From Oopsacas minuta (taxonomy: Eukaryota; Animalia; Porifera): a stretch of 64,000 bases of DNA. The position numbers and the translations under genes were made by a program. The DNA lies in contig JAKMXF010000302.1 of the NCBI GenBank assembly GCA_024704765.1, positions 397,114 through 461,113 on the forward strand, in the 5' to 3' direction. The stretch's first letter is position 1. Each line of letters opens with the position of its first letter. Of this stretch, positions 15,101-26,839 are shown piece after piece. The notes beneath the pieces were generated by a model. The model was not told the origin of the DNA, did no database searches, and was given only the letters and a program-made list of their open reading frames with translations.

Positions 15101-16771
15101 TCAATTATACTTCTCCTTACGTTTACGTTTATTGACCCATTCTCTAACCCAGTACATACAACCTCCTATAACGCCTAGATATAGCAGCACGACAAGAAAT
15201 AGCATCAGATCGAATATTGGTGGTTTAACTTTGCTAACTTCCGTGATAAGTTGTAGCTCATCATAGAACTCATAACTACCATCTTCCCTCGTGTTAATCT
15301 CAATCTTTGCGAAATCGAACTCTGTACTAGCGGCGGATAGCCAATCTTTAAGAGTCTTAATTAATACATTATGTGATCCTAGTGCTTGTATAGGTCTAGG
15401 ATATTTGTATATAAACTTATGTATAGCTTTAAGATACGATCTATCAATACTATGCGTCCCTTTAAGATAAGTAATGTTATCTTGTTTGGAATTGAATATT
15501 ATCTGAGCTAAAGTCTCAGCAATAGCTTGTGTGTTCTCATAAAGATAATCCTCAGAATATCCTCCCTCCCTGTCTAATACAGAATGACTGAGAGGAGAAT
15601 CTGCCTCTGAATTAGAGGACAGTGTAGTACCAACAACTCTACTCAGATAGAACTGTTCATGTGGCCAGGCTTGATTATCAAAACTGAGTTTATTAACTTT
15701 ACGTGTAACTACACTCACTTCTCTGTCTTCACTAACCACACCAATTTTCATGTTAGCTTCTAGTCTGTTGACAAAAGAGGCGCCAAATGTACCCTCATTA
15801 GGTGTTTTAACAAAGTGTGCATACAATCTTTCCCCGCCTAAATCATCTAGAGATATGGAGAATTTAGAATGTACATGTAGATATGAGGTTTTCAATTTTT
15901 CAGGTGATTCAATAGCTTTCTTAAGAGATATGAAATTTAAATTACTTCCTCCACCCAGTGTAAGTAGGAACAATATATTGTAATCTGGTCTACTTTGCTC
16001 GTCAGCATACAGACGTGAGAATAAGCTAGCTATAGCCAGAAGGCTAGCTACACCCCCACAAGCTCTATAGCCATAGCATTGTAAAGGCGATGAACAAAAT
16101 GTATCTATATTAGCAGATAGTGTTATCGTAGGATTCTTATTCTCTCCTCCCAATGAGCCTTGTAAATTGAGTAAAGTTACATTTTTTAACAGAGCTGGAG
16201 ACTGTACTCCTTGTGTAGAGACGGTACGGAGTGCATGATTGTATTGTGTAGATACAAACCGTAGATAACCAAAGGAGAACGGGGATGCGTGTATCAACTC
16301 ATTAGCTTTTACACCCTCGTAAACCTGCCTCCATTGGTGTTGTTCTGAGGGTGCAAAGTACACGGGTATAGGTACATCAGGTGTTAAGAGTTGTGTCTCA
16401 AGTTCAAGCCATCTATCACGTGCGTGTATTCCCAGTTTAGACAGCTCATCAGGAATCATTACAACCATAGCTCCGATATTCCTCTCCACTAACTCAGTGA
16501 ATAAGTTAATACCGAGTATTTCGAGAGGAGCAATCAAGCACTTACGAGCTAAATTAGTAGTAGAGTTAACTGTTGCTAGCTCCATATCAATTAGTGTAGT
16601 AGGAGAACCATATAATGAACCGAGAGCTTCATAATGTGCTAGTCTGTATAGAGTTAGTTCTTTTAGAGATACAGTCTGTGGTAGAGCTAGTAGAAATACT
16701 ATAGCTAGCCATACGAAAGGGAGAGCTGTACTTCTTTCGGATTCTAATCCTAATGATATATCTAATATCAT
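15101..16771 (-). CDS. NCLN: Nicalin (M28-like ER type I membrane protein), intronless
   Basis: ELTLYRLAHYE..LYGS; GGVASLLAIASLFSRLY; YNILFLLT.GG..LNF; WPHEQFY; C-terminal KPPIFDL followed by a TM helix. First true ATG of the ORF is at 16771. Confidence 0.85.
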   Translation of the reverse strand: MILDISLGLESERSTALPFVWLAIVFLLALPQTVSLKELTLYRLAHYEALGSLYGSPTTLIDMELATVNSTTNLARKCLIAPLEILGINLFTELVERNIGAMVVMIPDELSKLGIHARDRWLELETQLLTPDVPIPVYFAPSEQHQWRQVYEGVKANELIHASPFSFGYLRFVSTQYNHALRTVSTQGVQSPALLKNVTLLNLQGSLGGENKNPTITLSANIDTFCSSPLQCYGYRACGGVASLLAIASLFSRLYADEQSRPDYNILFLLTLGGGSNLNFISLKKAIESPEKLKTSYLHVHSKFSISLDDLGGERLYAHFVKTPNEGTFGASFVNRLEANMKIGVVSEDREVSVVTRKVNKLSFDNQAWPHEQFYLSRVVGTTLSSNSEADSPLSHSVLDREGGYSEDYLYENTQAIAETLAQIIFNSKQDNITYLKGTHSIDRSYLKAIHKFIYKYPRPIQALGSHNVLIKTLKDWLSAASTEFDFAKIEINTREDGSYEFYDELQLITEVSKVKPPIFDLMLFLVVLLYLGVIGGCMYWVREWVNKRKRKEKYN

Positions 16772-16845
16772 ACGCCTAGTCTGTAACAAATAAGTCAACA
16801 ATATGAAACGGATTGATAGATTTCGCAGCGGATGGACGGTTAGAA

Positions 16846-16907
16846 CGGTCCCAACCTGGGTCCATGAACCCCTTGGTGGTCCACGGATAACAGCAGGAGG
16901 TCAACAG
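16846..16907 (+). mobile_element. Degenerate hAT MITE fragment related to the 40208 element
   Basis: CGGTCCCAACCTGGGTCCATGAACCCCTTGGTGGTCCACG aligns with 40211-40252. Confidence 0.7.
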
Positions 16908-17247
16908 GACCTCAAAATTTGTATTGCAGTCTATCGGATGGTTTCACAGGTTGTGTCAATTAGCACAGAGTGTCCACGGGCTGAGTTAGAATAACAATCC
17001 AATAACCAAAGTTTCTAAGATAATTTAATAATATAGATACACGCCAAACTCAATAGTAGAATAAAATACAGAACATCCATAACAACCTAATAATATCATT
17101 CTATCTATTTATACATCAAGGGTGTACTTGAAGAAATATAAAACAATGCATATCTTCACACTTCAGATAATCTTTGAGAAATAAACAAATTTCAAATAAA
17201 GAGAGATAAATATACACCTCTACCTCAGGTACATATAGAGACTAGCT

Positions 17248-20128
17248 CTATATATCACAATCTATTGAGTTTGGTACTGAATTATGATAAATATCTTGAA
17301 ATTCACTGCTACGACCCAAACCACCATATTCGAGATGATTGACGTCATAATTTAGCTCGTTTAAAGAAAAGGGATCATTCGTAGCAAGAGGGGTGTTCCA
17401 TTCCATACTCATATCAGGAGTGTAGGGAGGAGGGCAAGTGATATTGTCTGTATAAGGGACTTCTATATAAGGATTTGGATCATATCCCATTGGTTTCATT
17501 TGTATACCATTATTAAACTCAGGATAATACTGGCCTTCGTACGGATAGTTAACATTTGGTCGAGGTTGGTATGTAGGTAGTGATCTGTTTAAATTCATTT
17601 CGTATTTCTCAAAACTATCTAATTGTTCTAACAGGTCAGATACTTCTGAATCTTCTGCTATATTGTTAAAGTTATGTTTGTTATGAGATGAAATAGCAGG
17701 GAGTTTTGGTTGATACCCGCTAATAGAGGGTAAGGATGATGATGATATACGGTTGTCTATCGGGTATTTGGTCAGCTGTTTCTTAGTGATTACATCATTA
17801 ACTGAACTTCTTTGATTGCCAGATTGAATGGTGTTTTGGCTGAATAAGCCATTGGGTATATGAGTATAAGAATCGTCTAGGAACTTAACTGCATCCATGG
17901 TATGTAAACTATTAAATTCATTAACACTGTGATCAGGATCAGATAATGATGTCATCTTAGCTATATCTTCACAATCAGTTCGTTGTGCATTACAATTATC
18001 AGTATAAGAATCTGGACTAGCAGCTGAGTACTGAGAAATCTCTGAGAGAGGAGAATTAATGTTAATTTGCTCAGAAACACAATCTAGATTCTTAGTTTGT
18101 GTCAATTCGTCTCCTTCCTTGTCAGTACTTATATCTAAAGATTTTCTACTCTCTAATTCTACTTTATTAGATTCTGGCTTTACCATAGTTTCCGTCAAAT
18201 CTTCTTTATCAATCAGAACATTATTAGTGTTTTTTAATCTCATGACTAGCTCAGCTTTCTTACCAGTAGAAGGCAAGCTATGTTCCTTACATAATACTTT
18301 AAGTGACGTTACTGTCATACTCTCAAGCTCGTCTAATGTGTATCTACGTTTGGCGATTTGTTCCTTCCCTTCTATCTGTGACAGCTGTGTGACAAGATCG
18401 TTATATATTCCTGGCATAAGATCTGGATATTGTTGTCTGAGTAGATGTAGCTGTAGAAGTAATTGTTCTTGTTGTACCTCCACATCTAGATTAGATTTAT
18501 TCTTGCTTTTTGATTCTGTAAGCGCTGTTTTTGTGAGACGAGTCTTCTCAAGTATTTTGCTCTTCGTAAGTCCGTTACCAGAATGGGGACATGGAATGTA
18601 TTCATGGTATTTGTATGTTTTAATACCTTTCCGTGGTCTCTTGCTAGATCGTGTTTTGAGTGAGCTACTGCTGATTAGATCTTTCTTCAATGTAGATTCA
18701 TTAGGAGGATCTATATTACAGGAAAATATAATATAAAATTGCACTAACATCACAGCCAAATTTAAGGAAATTACTTCGAATGTTGATTCTCTTTGATAGA
18801 GAAGAATGCCTTGAAGAGGTTTCAGATTCATCTTGAGGAGGGAATTTGCTAGATACTGTGAAATTATCAAGCACTGAGTTATCCTGATTAGTGATTGATT
18901 CTTCTACTATTGAGCAGTCAGGGCTAGATTCTTCAACCAGAGATTGATGCTGTAATTGTTCTCTATCATCATGTGATAATTCATAAGCTGATACTGTAGA
19001 AGGAGATGTTTGATCAAAACTGTGTGGAGTGGAGAATCGAACATTGTGAGATTTGTAAAATTCATTATTAGAGCTGCTTTGGTGTAAAGAATCTTGTGAC
19101 ATCTATCAAATAAGAAAATCAAAATGTTCTATTCACAAATACAAACAAATTCTCACCATTGCGCTTAATTTCTTAGCATTCTGTAAACTCTGCAGACATT
19201 CATTGAGGAGTGGAGCTGGTGGACATAGTATACCTCTCTTGATGAGAGCCTGTGCTCTGGGTCGCTCTGATATCTTCTCGTTTAGCTTTTTCATAATCTG
19301 TTTCCTCATAATAGACATCTGACATTGATGGAGTCGTGGTGATCCAGAGAATTCTTTGAGAATATTTCCATCTATTAGTTTACCTCTGAATAAGAATATA
19401 ATAATTATTATTATAATTAAGGATAAGTGTAACTTACTTTGGAGGTCTAGCGAGTAAATTCTTTTTGAGGAGGTCCTCAGTCTTTGCCCTCTCCAGTCGA
19501 ATCCTCTTCTGAATTATATTAGGAGATTGTTCCCTTCCCAGTAATATACCTTTTGATATCAACTCATCAGCTGTGTGTCTGCTCTTGAGCTTCCAAGCTA
19601 AGTCTCTTTGGGCCTGGAAATTAAAATATAAGTGTCTGCAACTCTTTGGGATTTACATTAATTCAACTAACCTTCTGTAAAGCACCTGATTGAGATATTT
19701 TATTAGGATTATTAGGAGGGAAGTTAGATTTGTGTATGTTTAGACCGCGAGTAAGGCCCTCACAGAGCTCAGGGTCCAAATAACCGTTGTGTAGAGGTGG
19801 GTCATGTAATTCGAAGAGAGAAGTATCACATGCTGGAGAGGATCTATAAAATACAAAGTTAATATTATTAAGCAAATAATCAAGATTAATTGGATACTAA
19901 CCTAGATTGATAATTCATCTCGTTTATGTAATCAAAGTTGAACGGTAACTGTGCTGGTCTAAGCGACTGCTCAGCTGGAACAACCGCCTCCACGTCACGC
20001 GTTTGATACATTTCGCGTGGATAGCTAGGGTCAAGAGGAACCGGATAGTTAGGCTCCGGCATTCCACCAGCCATCATATGCATAGGATCTCCCATTGAAG
20101 AATTAGATGATACATATTGTGTGTTCAT
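17248..20128 (-). CDS. MRTF: Myocardin-related transcription factor (three RPEL repeats, basic and Q-rich regions, SAP domain), multi-exon gene span
   Basis: RPEL-like LKSRHTADELISKGIL, LLARPPKGKLIDGNIL and ISERPRAQALIKRGIL; basic motif KTYKYHEYIP; QQEQLLLQLHLL; SAP LESMTVTSLKVLCKEHSLPSTGKKAELVMRL. Confidence 0.85.
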
Positions 20129-20557
20129 GCTAGAGTGACCAGAGCTAGTTAGTTAGAATCGAAATTCAATAAAAATAATATTTATCCTTTCCGTTAGTAT
20201 ATTCTATGTATAGTCCTATCCATAACGCCAGTGCTATCAAATTCACTGAGATTCCTGATCGCAAGGCTTCTACAGCCAAATCAGATTATCCATAAATTTT
20301 AGTATCTCAGCAAATAAAATACATTTAGCTATTTTCATAATGTTGTGTGCTACGAAAGTGGTTTATTGCAATTATGTTTTTTGAAATTATATACTCTACA
20401 AAGGGCTGGTCTGATGACTGCAATGACGTGTGTAAAGTATATTATTATCTGCTTTAGAAATGGAAACCATCATAACTCATCAAAAGAACTCAGTATGTGT
20501 TTGTTTTAATAAAAATATATGCTGTTAAATATGTGTAAATAAATATAATTCTATGTT

Positions 20558-23500
20558 TCATAAAGGAGTATTTCCTTTAGTTATGGAGTAGAAGGGATTG
20601 CTAGGGGGAAGTACGTTAACTGTGTTAGTTGTGGCAACACCATCAGCGTTTGAAGATTGTATTTGAACAGGTTTCCCGTCGGTACCAACTAAACGGATTG
20701 GGGTCGATTTATGTGAGGTTATGTGCTGCCTCTCATTGAGAGTATCAGGCGTGGGAGCATAAGCGGGAGGGGGGTGCGAGGGACGAGAACCTTTTCGAGG
20801 TGAAACTTGCATTATATTTGGTTGTCTTACATTTCTATATCTAGTGAGATGTACTGGCTTTGATAGGCTTTGAGAAGATACTGTATGTTTATCTGTTGTC
20901 CAATCTAATATCTTAGGTGTCAAGGTGTCCGCGGAAATTGTCATGTTAGGTGGATCAGAAGATGGGACTACTTTGCTACTCCGACCTGATTTAGGTCTAG
21001 AGTGAGCTCGTGATGAGTTCTGACTACTCTCAAACGAATTGGAGGGAGTAACAACTCCTGTGGCAATACCCAGTTCTTTCTTAGATCTCTCGTAAGCAGC
21101 ACTAGCTCTCTCTTCTGCTGTCCTGTCACTTCTACCATTCTCTTCTAGAATATTACTCATGTGTTTTCTGTTAGTAGCCATTACCTGGAGCAGAGAGTCT
21201 TCAGCTTGTTTTGCTAGTTTCCTCTCTTCTTCAATTACAGATCTTAATCCTTGCAAAGATTGAGAATTTTTATCAGACTCATCAGCTGATTGTAGGAGAT
21301 CCCCTCTCATTAAAGTGAGAGTTTCTTCTGTTTTAAAATGAGAGAATAAATTCGGCTCTGTCCTTAGAGTAAATGCGTAATCAGCTCTATCTTTAGTTAA
21401 CTCGTCTATTTCGAAAAGAAAATCTCTAGCTAGTGTTTGAGTTCCTTCTGAAAACTTGTCAGTAAATAGTAACTCATCTTCTTCTTTTATAACAGAGTTA
21501 GTATACACATCCTGGTTGGAGTATGAAATAGATTTTTTAGTAGACCATCTATCAACACGGATGTAGTTTGAATGCAGACAATGATATAGACAGAGTATAA
21601 TCATGAACACGATAAGAATCAATATACAACACCCTAGTATACTGCCTACTACAAGAGCTACGCTAGAAGTAGAGGGAACTGGTCCAAGATAAATAGCTAT
21701 AGATACAAACTCGTAGCCGAGTATAGCTTCATAATCAGAATTTTGCAGTTGTTTGAATGTTGTAAGAGATGTGTTTGCGGTTAGAAAAGTGAGAGGGCTA
21801 TTATCCTCTTCTTTAGACATGAAGAATACTATTTTCAGCTGATTATGATTAATTACGGTAAGGTGTTGAATTATACCACAAGATATTCGAGATGTTGTAT
21901 TGAATACGTGACGTTTTCTGCGGCTGTTATCAGCGTCTATTCCAAGGGTATATAGATTGATCAGCTGTAGTTCTGTTGTAACATAGAATTCCTCAGATAA
22001 ATTAGCATTGGATATATTAGCGTTTAGAGTAAGTAACAACAGGTATCCAATGCCTGGATTGAATTCAGGTAGAGTTACATAGTTAGGGGGTGTAGTGGGG
22101 GTAAGGCTTGGCGATACTGTTATAGAGGATGGGAGTGTAACTGATGGGCTGATAGATGATAAAAATGTTGATGAAATAATAGGGGAGGGGTCTACTGATC
22201 GAGATATGTTGCGTTCAATAGATGAGCTTATAGGTATCGAGCTGTTATTGAATATTTGTGCCATAGATGAACTGATAGGTACCATGCTGGTATTGGATAT
22301 TTGACTTATAGATGAACTGATAGGTATCGAGCTGGTATTGAATATTTCTGCCATAGATGAACTGATAGGTATCGAGCTGGTATTGGATATTTGTACCATG
22401 GATGAACTGATAGGTACCATGCTCGTATTGGATATTTGGCTTATAGATGAGCTTATAGGTATCGAGCTGGTATTGAATATTTCTGCCATAGATGAACTGA
22501 TAGGTATCGTGCTGGTGTTAAATATTTGTACCATGGATGAATTGATAGGTACCGTGCTCGAATTGGATATTTGGCTTATAGATGAGCTTACAGGTATTGA
22601 GCTGGTATTGGATATTTGTACCATGGATGAACTGATAGGTACCATGCTCGTATTGGATATTTGACTTATAGATGAGCTTATAGGTATCGAGCTGGTGTTA
22701 AATATTTGTACCATGGATGAACTGATAGGTACCATGCTCGTATTGGATATTTGACTTACAGATGAGCTTATAGGTATCGAGCTGGTGTTAAATATTTGTG
22801 CCATGGATGAAGTAGTAGGTATTCTATTAGTATTGGATATTTGTACCATGGACGAGCTTGTAGGTACTCTACTGGTATTGAAGGTTTGTCTGATAGATGA
22901 GCTGTTATTGAATACTGGTCCCCTTGATGAGCTGGTAGGTATTCGACTGATGTTAAATATTTGTACCATGGATGAGCTGGTAGTAGGTATTCTACTGGTA
23001 TTGAATATTTGACGGATAGATGAGGTAGTATTGAATATTGGTACCATAGATGATGAACCCACGGGAATTCTGCTTGTATTGAAAATTTGATTGATAGATG
23101 ATGTAGAAGATATTCTGCTAGTATTGAAAGTTTGGCTGATAGATGAGCTGGTATTTATTATTGGTACCCTTGATGATGAGCTAGTAGGTATTCTACTAGT
23201 ATTGAATATTTGACCGATAGATGAGGTGGTAGTGGGTATTCTACTGGTATTGAATATTTGATCGATAGATGAGGTGGTAGTTGGTATTCTACTGGTATTG
23301 AATATTTGACCGATAGATGAGGTAGTAGGTATTCTACTGGCATTGAATATTTGACCGATAGATGAGGTGGTAGTGGGTATTCTACTGGTATTGAATATTT
23401 GATTGATAGATGAGGTGGTAGTGGGTATTCTACTGGTATTGAATATTTGATCGATAGATGAGGTGGTAGTTGGTATTCTACTGGCATTGAATATTTGACC

Positions 23501-25546
23501 GATAGATGAGGTGGTAGTGGGTATTCTACTGGTATTGAATATTTGATTGATAGATGAGGTGGTAGTGGGTATTCTACTGGTATTGAATATTTGACCGATA
23601 GATGAGGTAGTAGGTATTCTGCTGGTATTGAATATTGGTACCCTTGATGATGAGCTGGTAGCTATTCTACTGGTATTGAATATTTGACCGATAGATGAAC
23701 TGGTAGTGGGTATTCTACTGGTATTGAATATTTGGCTTATTGATGAGCTGGTATTGAATACTGATGCCATAGATGAGCTGGTTGGTATTCTAGAAGAGGA
23801 AAAAGATTGGGTGGAGATAGGAGCTGTTGCTGATGCTATTCGTGTCGATAAAGATGGAAGTATAACTAGAGTAGATGAGACAGATGATATAGGTATTGTG
23901 GTTCTGAATGTAGTTGATATAATATATGACGTCATCAACAGGACAGATGATGAAATTTGAATAATATCTAAGCTACTACTATTCACTACGGGGGATGTAG
24001 AGCTTGTAGTTTGCGAAGAACTAGGTAAGAAACTAGTTGACTTCCGTCCATACAAACTGATTATTACACTAAACATCTCTAAACCAGTACTATCCGACCA
24101 TTCTTCAATACTATAAACATCCAATACTCTCTTAATATCAGCCGCTAGTAGCGGAGCTGTATTATTAGTTATGTAGAATACGATTCTAGTAGCAGCAATA
24201 GCTCCCGTAGAAAACTGAAGAAATTCATTCTTTATTACATTAAATGCGAAACTTCCAATTCTGAATGAGAAATAAAGTGTATACTCTAAGTATACAACAT
24301 TAGATATCATTGTATTGAGAAACCGAGCGGCCAATGCTATGAAGGTAGAGTTTATGCCAAAAGTATCCGAACCGATTGGACTATATCTAAATGTAACTAC
24401 AAGATAGTATTGTGTAGGTTGTAACTGTGTAAATATTTGTGACGTAGATAGTATAGATGTTAAAGTAGATTGGGAAGGAATAATTGTAGTACTTATAGGT
24501 TGTACTGATTGTGTAGCTGTAGATGATATAGATGGCGTATTAGAAGTGCTAAAAACCGCAGAGGATGATTGTTGAGGTACTAAGTATGATGATACAATAA
24601 CCTGAGAGGACATGTTAAGAACTTGTATTGAACTGCTTTCTGGTATAGTAACTGTTGATGATATAGGTTGTATAGTTGATTGTATGCTTATAGAACTAGT
24701 GAATGATGGAAGAATAGTTCGTGAAATAACAGAGCTTGCTGTAAGTGATTGTGACTCAATAATGCTAGTTACTTCCTGAGAAGCAGAGTCTGTCAAAAGT
24801 GATCGGGTAGATGAAGAAGACGGTACTATGGATGTAACGGGAACACTTGCTGTAGACATAACACTATCAACGAGTGTAGATCGAGATGAAGGTTTAGTTG
24901 AACTGATCTCTATACTCGATTCAATCGATAAGAGAGTTGACATAGAAGTAGACATTATACTGACTATAGTAGATGATATATATTCCATTGTAGTTGAGGC
25001 TATTTGAGGAATTGTACTGGCGCTTACAATTAGTTGAAATAAACTAAATGAAGCACTTGCAGATATGGTATCACTCGTAACATGATCTTTCCAGTCAGTT
25101 AAGTTACAATTTCTACTGAATACATCAATAGCAAAAGTTGCATTAATCAGTGTACTATTCTGAGAGATATAAAATACAAAATTGACGATTGTATCACCTT
25201 CGTCACCCTGATGACTGAATTGAAAAATAGCATAAGAAATAAGGAATAGAGAAATATTAAGATCGTGTAATTCAACTATAACAAGCTCATCAGTAAGATA
25301 ATGAGTATAATCAACATCTTCACTGGATATATTCAAGTAACAACTAGCTAATACCTGTCCGAATCTAGGTAGGTTCACATTATCCGATCTGAAAAGTTCA
25401 AGAATCTGATCAGCGTGATATAATATAGTCATATTAATGTAATGAAGATAAGGATCAAGATCTGTCGTATCCACAGACTGGACATTAGATTCTTTAGTAA
25501 TAAATAAGAGAATAATTGAGAATAGAAATATCTGAACAAGCCACAT
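20558..25546 (-). CDS. 1662-aa intronless mucin-like type I membrane protein with three SEA-like modules and S/T-rich tandem repeats (possibly KIAA1549/UPF0606-like)
   Basis: Signal peptide MWLVQIFLFSIILLF; long S/T tracts; furin-like RRKR; one TM (VALVVGSILGCCILILIVFMIILCL); cytoplasmic tail of about 330 aa. Family assignment is tentative. Confidence 0.8.
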   Translation of the reverse strand: MWLVQIFLFSIILLFITKESNVQSVDTTDLDPYLHYINMTILYHADQILELFRSDNVNLPRFGQVLASCYLNISSEDVDYTHYLTDELVIVELHDLNISLFLISYAIFQFSHQGDEGDTIVNFVFYISQNSTLINATFAIDVFSRNCNLTDWKDHVTSDTISASASFSLFQLIVSASTIPQIASTTMEYISSTIVSIMSTSMSTLLSIESSIEISSTKPSSRSTLVDSVMSTASVPVTSIVPSSSSTRSLLTDSASQEVTSIIESQSLTASSVISRTILPSFTSSISIQSTIQPISSTVTIPESSSIQVLNMSSQVIVSSYLVPQQSSSAVFSTSNTPSISSTATQSVQPISTTIIPSQSTLTSILSTSQIFTQLQPTQYYLVVTFRYSPIGSDTFGINSTFIALAARFLNTMISNVVYLEYTLYFSFRIGSFAFNVIKNEFLQFSTGAIAATRIVFYITNNTAPLLAADIKRVLDVYSIEEWSDSTGLEMFSVIISLYGRKSTSFLPSSSQTTSSTSPVVNSSSLDIIQISSSVLLMTSYIISTTFRTTIPISSVSSTLVILPSLSTRIASATAPISTQSFSSSRIPTSSSMASVFNTSSSISQIFNTSRIPTTSSSIGQIFNTSRIATSSSSRVPIFNTSRIPTTSSIGQIFNTSRIPTTTSSINQIFNTSRIPTTTSSIGQIFNASRIPTTTSSIDQIFNTSRIPTTTSSINQIFNTSRIPTTTSSIGQIFNASRIPTTSSIGQIFNTSRIPTTTSSIDQIFNTSRIPTTTSSIGQIFNTSRIPTSSSSRVPIINTSSSISQTFNTSRISSTSSINQIFNTSRIPVGSSSMVPIFNTTSSIRQIFNTSRIPTTSSSMVQIFNISRIPTSSSRGPVFNNSSSIRQTFNTSRVPTSSSMVQISNTNRIPTTSSMAQIFNTSSIPISSSVSQISNTSMVPISSSMVQIFNTSSIPISSSISQISNTSMVPISSSMVQISNTSSIPVSSSISQISNSSTVPINSSMVQIFNTSTIPISSSMAEIFNTSSIPISSSISQISNTSMVPISSSMVQISNTSSIPISSSMAEIFNTSSIPISSSISQISNTSMVPISSSMAQIFNNSSIPISSSIERNISRSVDPSPIISSTFLSSISPSVTLPSSITVSPSLTPTTPPNYVTLPEFNPGIGYLLLLTLNANISNANLSEEFYVTTELQLINLYTLGIDADNSRRKRHVFNTTSRISCGIIQHLTVINHNQLKIVFFMSKEEDNSPLTFLTANTSLTTFKQLQNSDYEAILGYEFVSIAIYLGPVPSTSSVALVVGSILGCCILILIVFMIILCLYHCLHSNYIRVDRWSTKKSISYSNQDVYTNSVIKEEDELLFTDKFSEGTQTLARDFLFEIDELTKDRADYAFTLRTEPNLFSHFKTEETLTLMRGDLLQSADESDKNSQSLQGLRSVIEEERKLAKQAEDSLLQVMATNRKHMSNILEENGRSDRTAEERASAAYERSKKELGIATGVVTPSNSFESSQNSSRAHSRPKSGRSSKVVPSSDPPNMTISADTLTPKILDWTTDKHTVSSQSLSKPVHLTRYRNVRQPNIMQVSPRKGSRPSHPPPAYAPTPDTLNERQHITSHKSTPIRLVGTDGKPVQIQSSNADGVATTNTVNVLPPSNPFYSITKGNTPL
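22210..23790 (-). repeat. Coding tandem array of 42-48 bp units in two subtypes: QIFNTSRIPTTTSSI and QI(F/S)NTS(S/M)(I/V)PISSS(M/I)
   Basis: Visible periodic sequence. The 45/48-bp subtype spans about 22800-23790 and the 42-bp subtype about 22210-22800. Confidence 0.95.
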
Positions 25547-25728
25547 CGAACTTGCTAAACAAATAATTCAAATTTTCGTAAGATAACATTATAACAAGAG
25601 TTTAATGTATATCAATTATGAATTTAATAATATTCGATATTGTATTTATCTTTTAATTAACTATATTAAACGTCACAGCCCAATAAATACACAAATTAGC
25701 CATGCACTGCACCTCAGCTTATATACTT

Positions 25729-26839
25729 TCAAAAATGCATATTTCCTAAAGAACCGTCGAATAAACCAACAAGTGAATTTGAACTGTTTTTCTTGGGTAA
25801 TACAGGTTTAGATACGATTGTAGGTTGTTGTATATGATAAGCACATTTATAAACAGACTCTATAGATGAATTGGTAAGAGACTTTAGTGTAAGAACGTCT
25901 TTGTAGAGAGGGGATTGAGGGCCGAGCTCAGGGGTGCTTAAGAGACGAGTCAAGTTATCATGAATCTTCTCTAGGTTACTCACTGTCTCTATAACTCGTT
26001 GTTCTTGTGCTGGATCCTATTTACAGAATACAGTCAACTCCTGTCATATCGAAGTCTGAAATTGTATAAATATGGTCATAGACTGTCAAAATAATAAATA
26101 TATATATAAATATATATTCAATCAGATATATCTCTCCGTTTATATCGAAGAAATTATCGCGGTCCTTGAGCTTCGATATAACAAGAATTGACTGTATTAA
26201 TATTGTTTGAACTAACCTGACTGGTAGAAGATCCCAAATTCATTGGTAGGCTTTGCTTATAATTCAGTTTTCTACAGAAGGAAGGTCCTCTTATAGAGTT
26301 AGCTAGCATATTGGAGTTATTTGGTGCTATGAGTTCTATTGAGCATTTGAGAGCTGATATCCAGTTCTGAAGCTCTGAGGAGGAACTAGCTCGTAATTTA
26401 TACGTGTCACCACTAACTGCCATTACTTCAAACCCCATTGGGTCATCTGATAAGTTTATAACAGTCGCGGAGTCTAAAGATATCGATCCTCTTGCTGTTT
26501 GGGATTGTTGATCCTTTGAGATATAGTACTGAAGAATACCAGTACTGGGGTCAAGGTAAAAGTAGCGACGTTGATAACCTAATAATAATTTCAATTACAT
26601 ATCAAAGTTTACTAACAAGAAATAATAAACAGCTGACCTTTCATCAAATTGGTCCATTTCTGTAAATATCCCTCTATAGTACGCATTTTAAATTTGTTGT
26701 CTATTGATTCTCTCATTGCCCTCTGAACAACAGCTGATATCTGACTCTTCTCTTCAATTGACAAATTAGACAGCTGGTCAGCTTCTCGTAGAGGAGATTC
26801 AAAATGCTCAGAAATATCCAATTCACTATGTTGTGACAT
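25729..26839 (-). CDS. ORP10/ORP11-like PH-domain protein with helical region but no oxysterol-binding domain
   Basis: EGYLQKWTNLMKG|YQRRYFYLDPSTGILQYY..RGSISL..GDTYKLRA..WISAL. YKDVLTLKSLTNSSIESVYKCAYHIQ resembles the ORP11 post-PH helix. Stop at 25729. Confidence 0.72.

Noticed and set aside
16803-16994. 63-aa ORF upstream of nicalin, and ORFs 40041-40232 and 40181-40369
   Set aside because: They run through GC-richer hAT MITE sequence, which explains the open frames.
18059-18736. Long plus-strand ORF opposite MRTF, and similar shadow ORFs at 870, 3770, 22095-23960, 27447-29847, 48401 and 63635
   Set aside because: Antisense or alternative-frame shadows of real coding exons or of coding repeats; no independent motifs.
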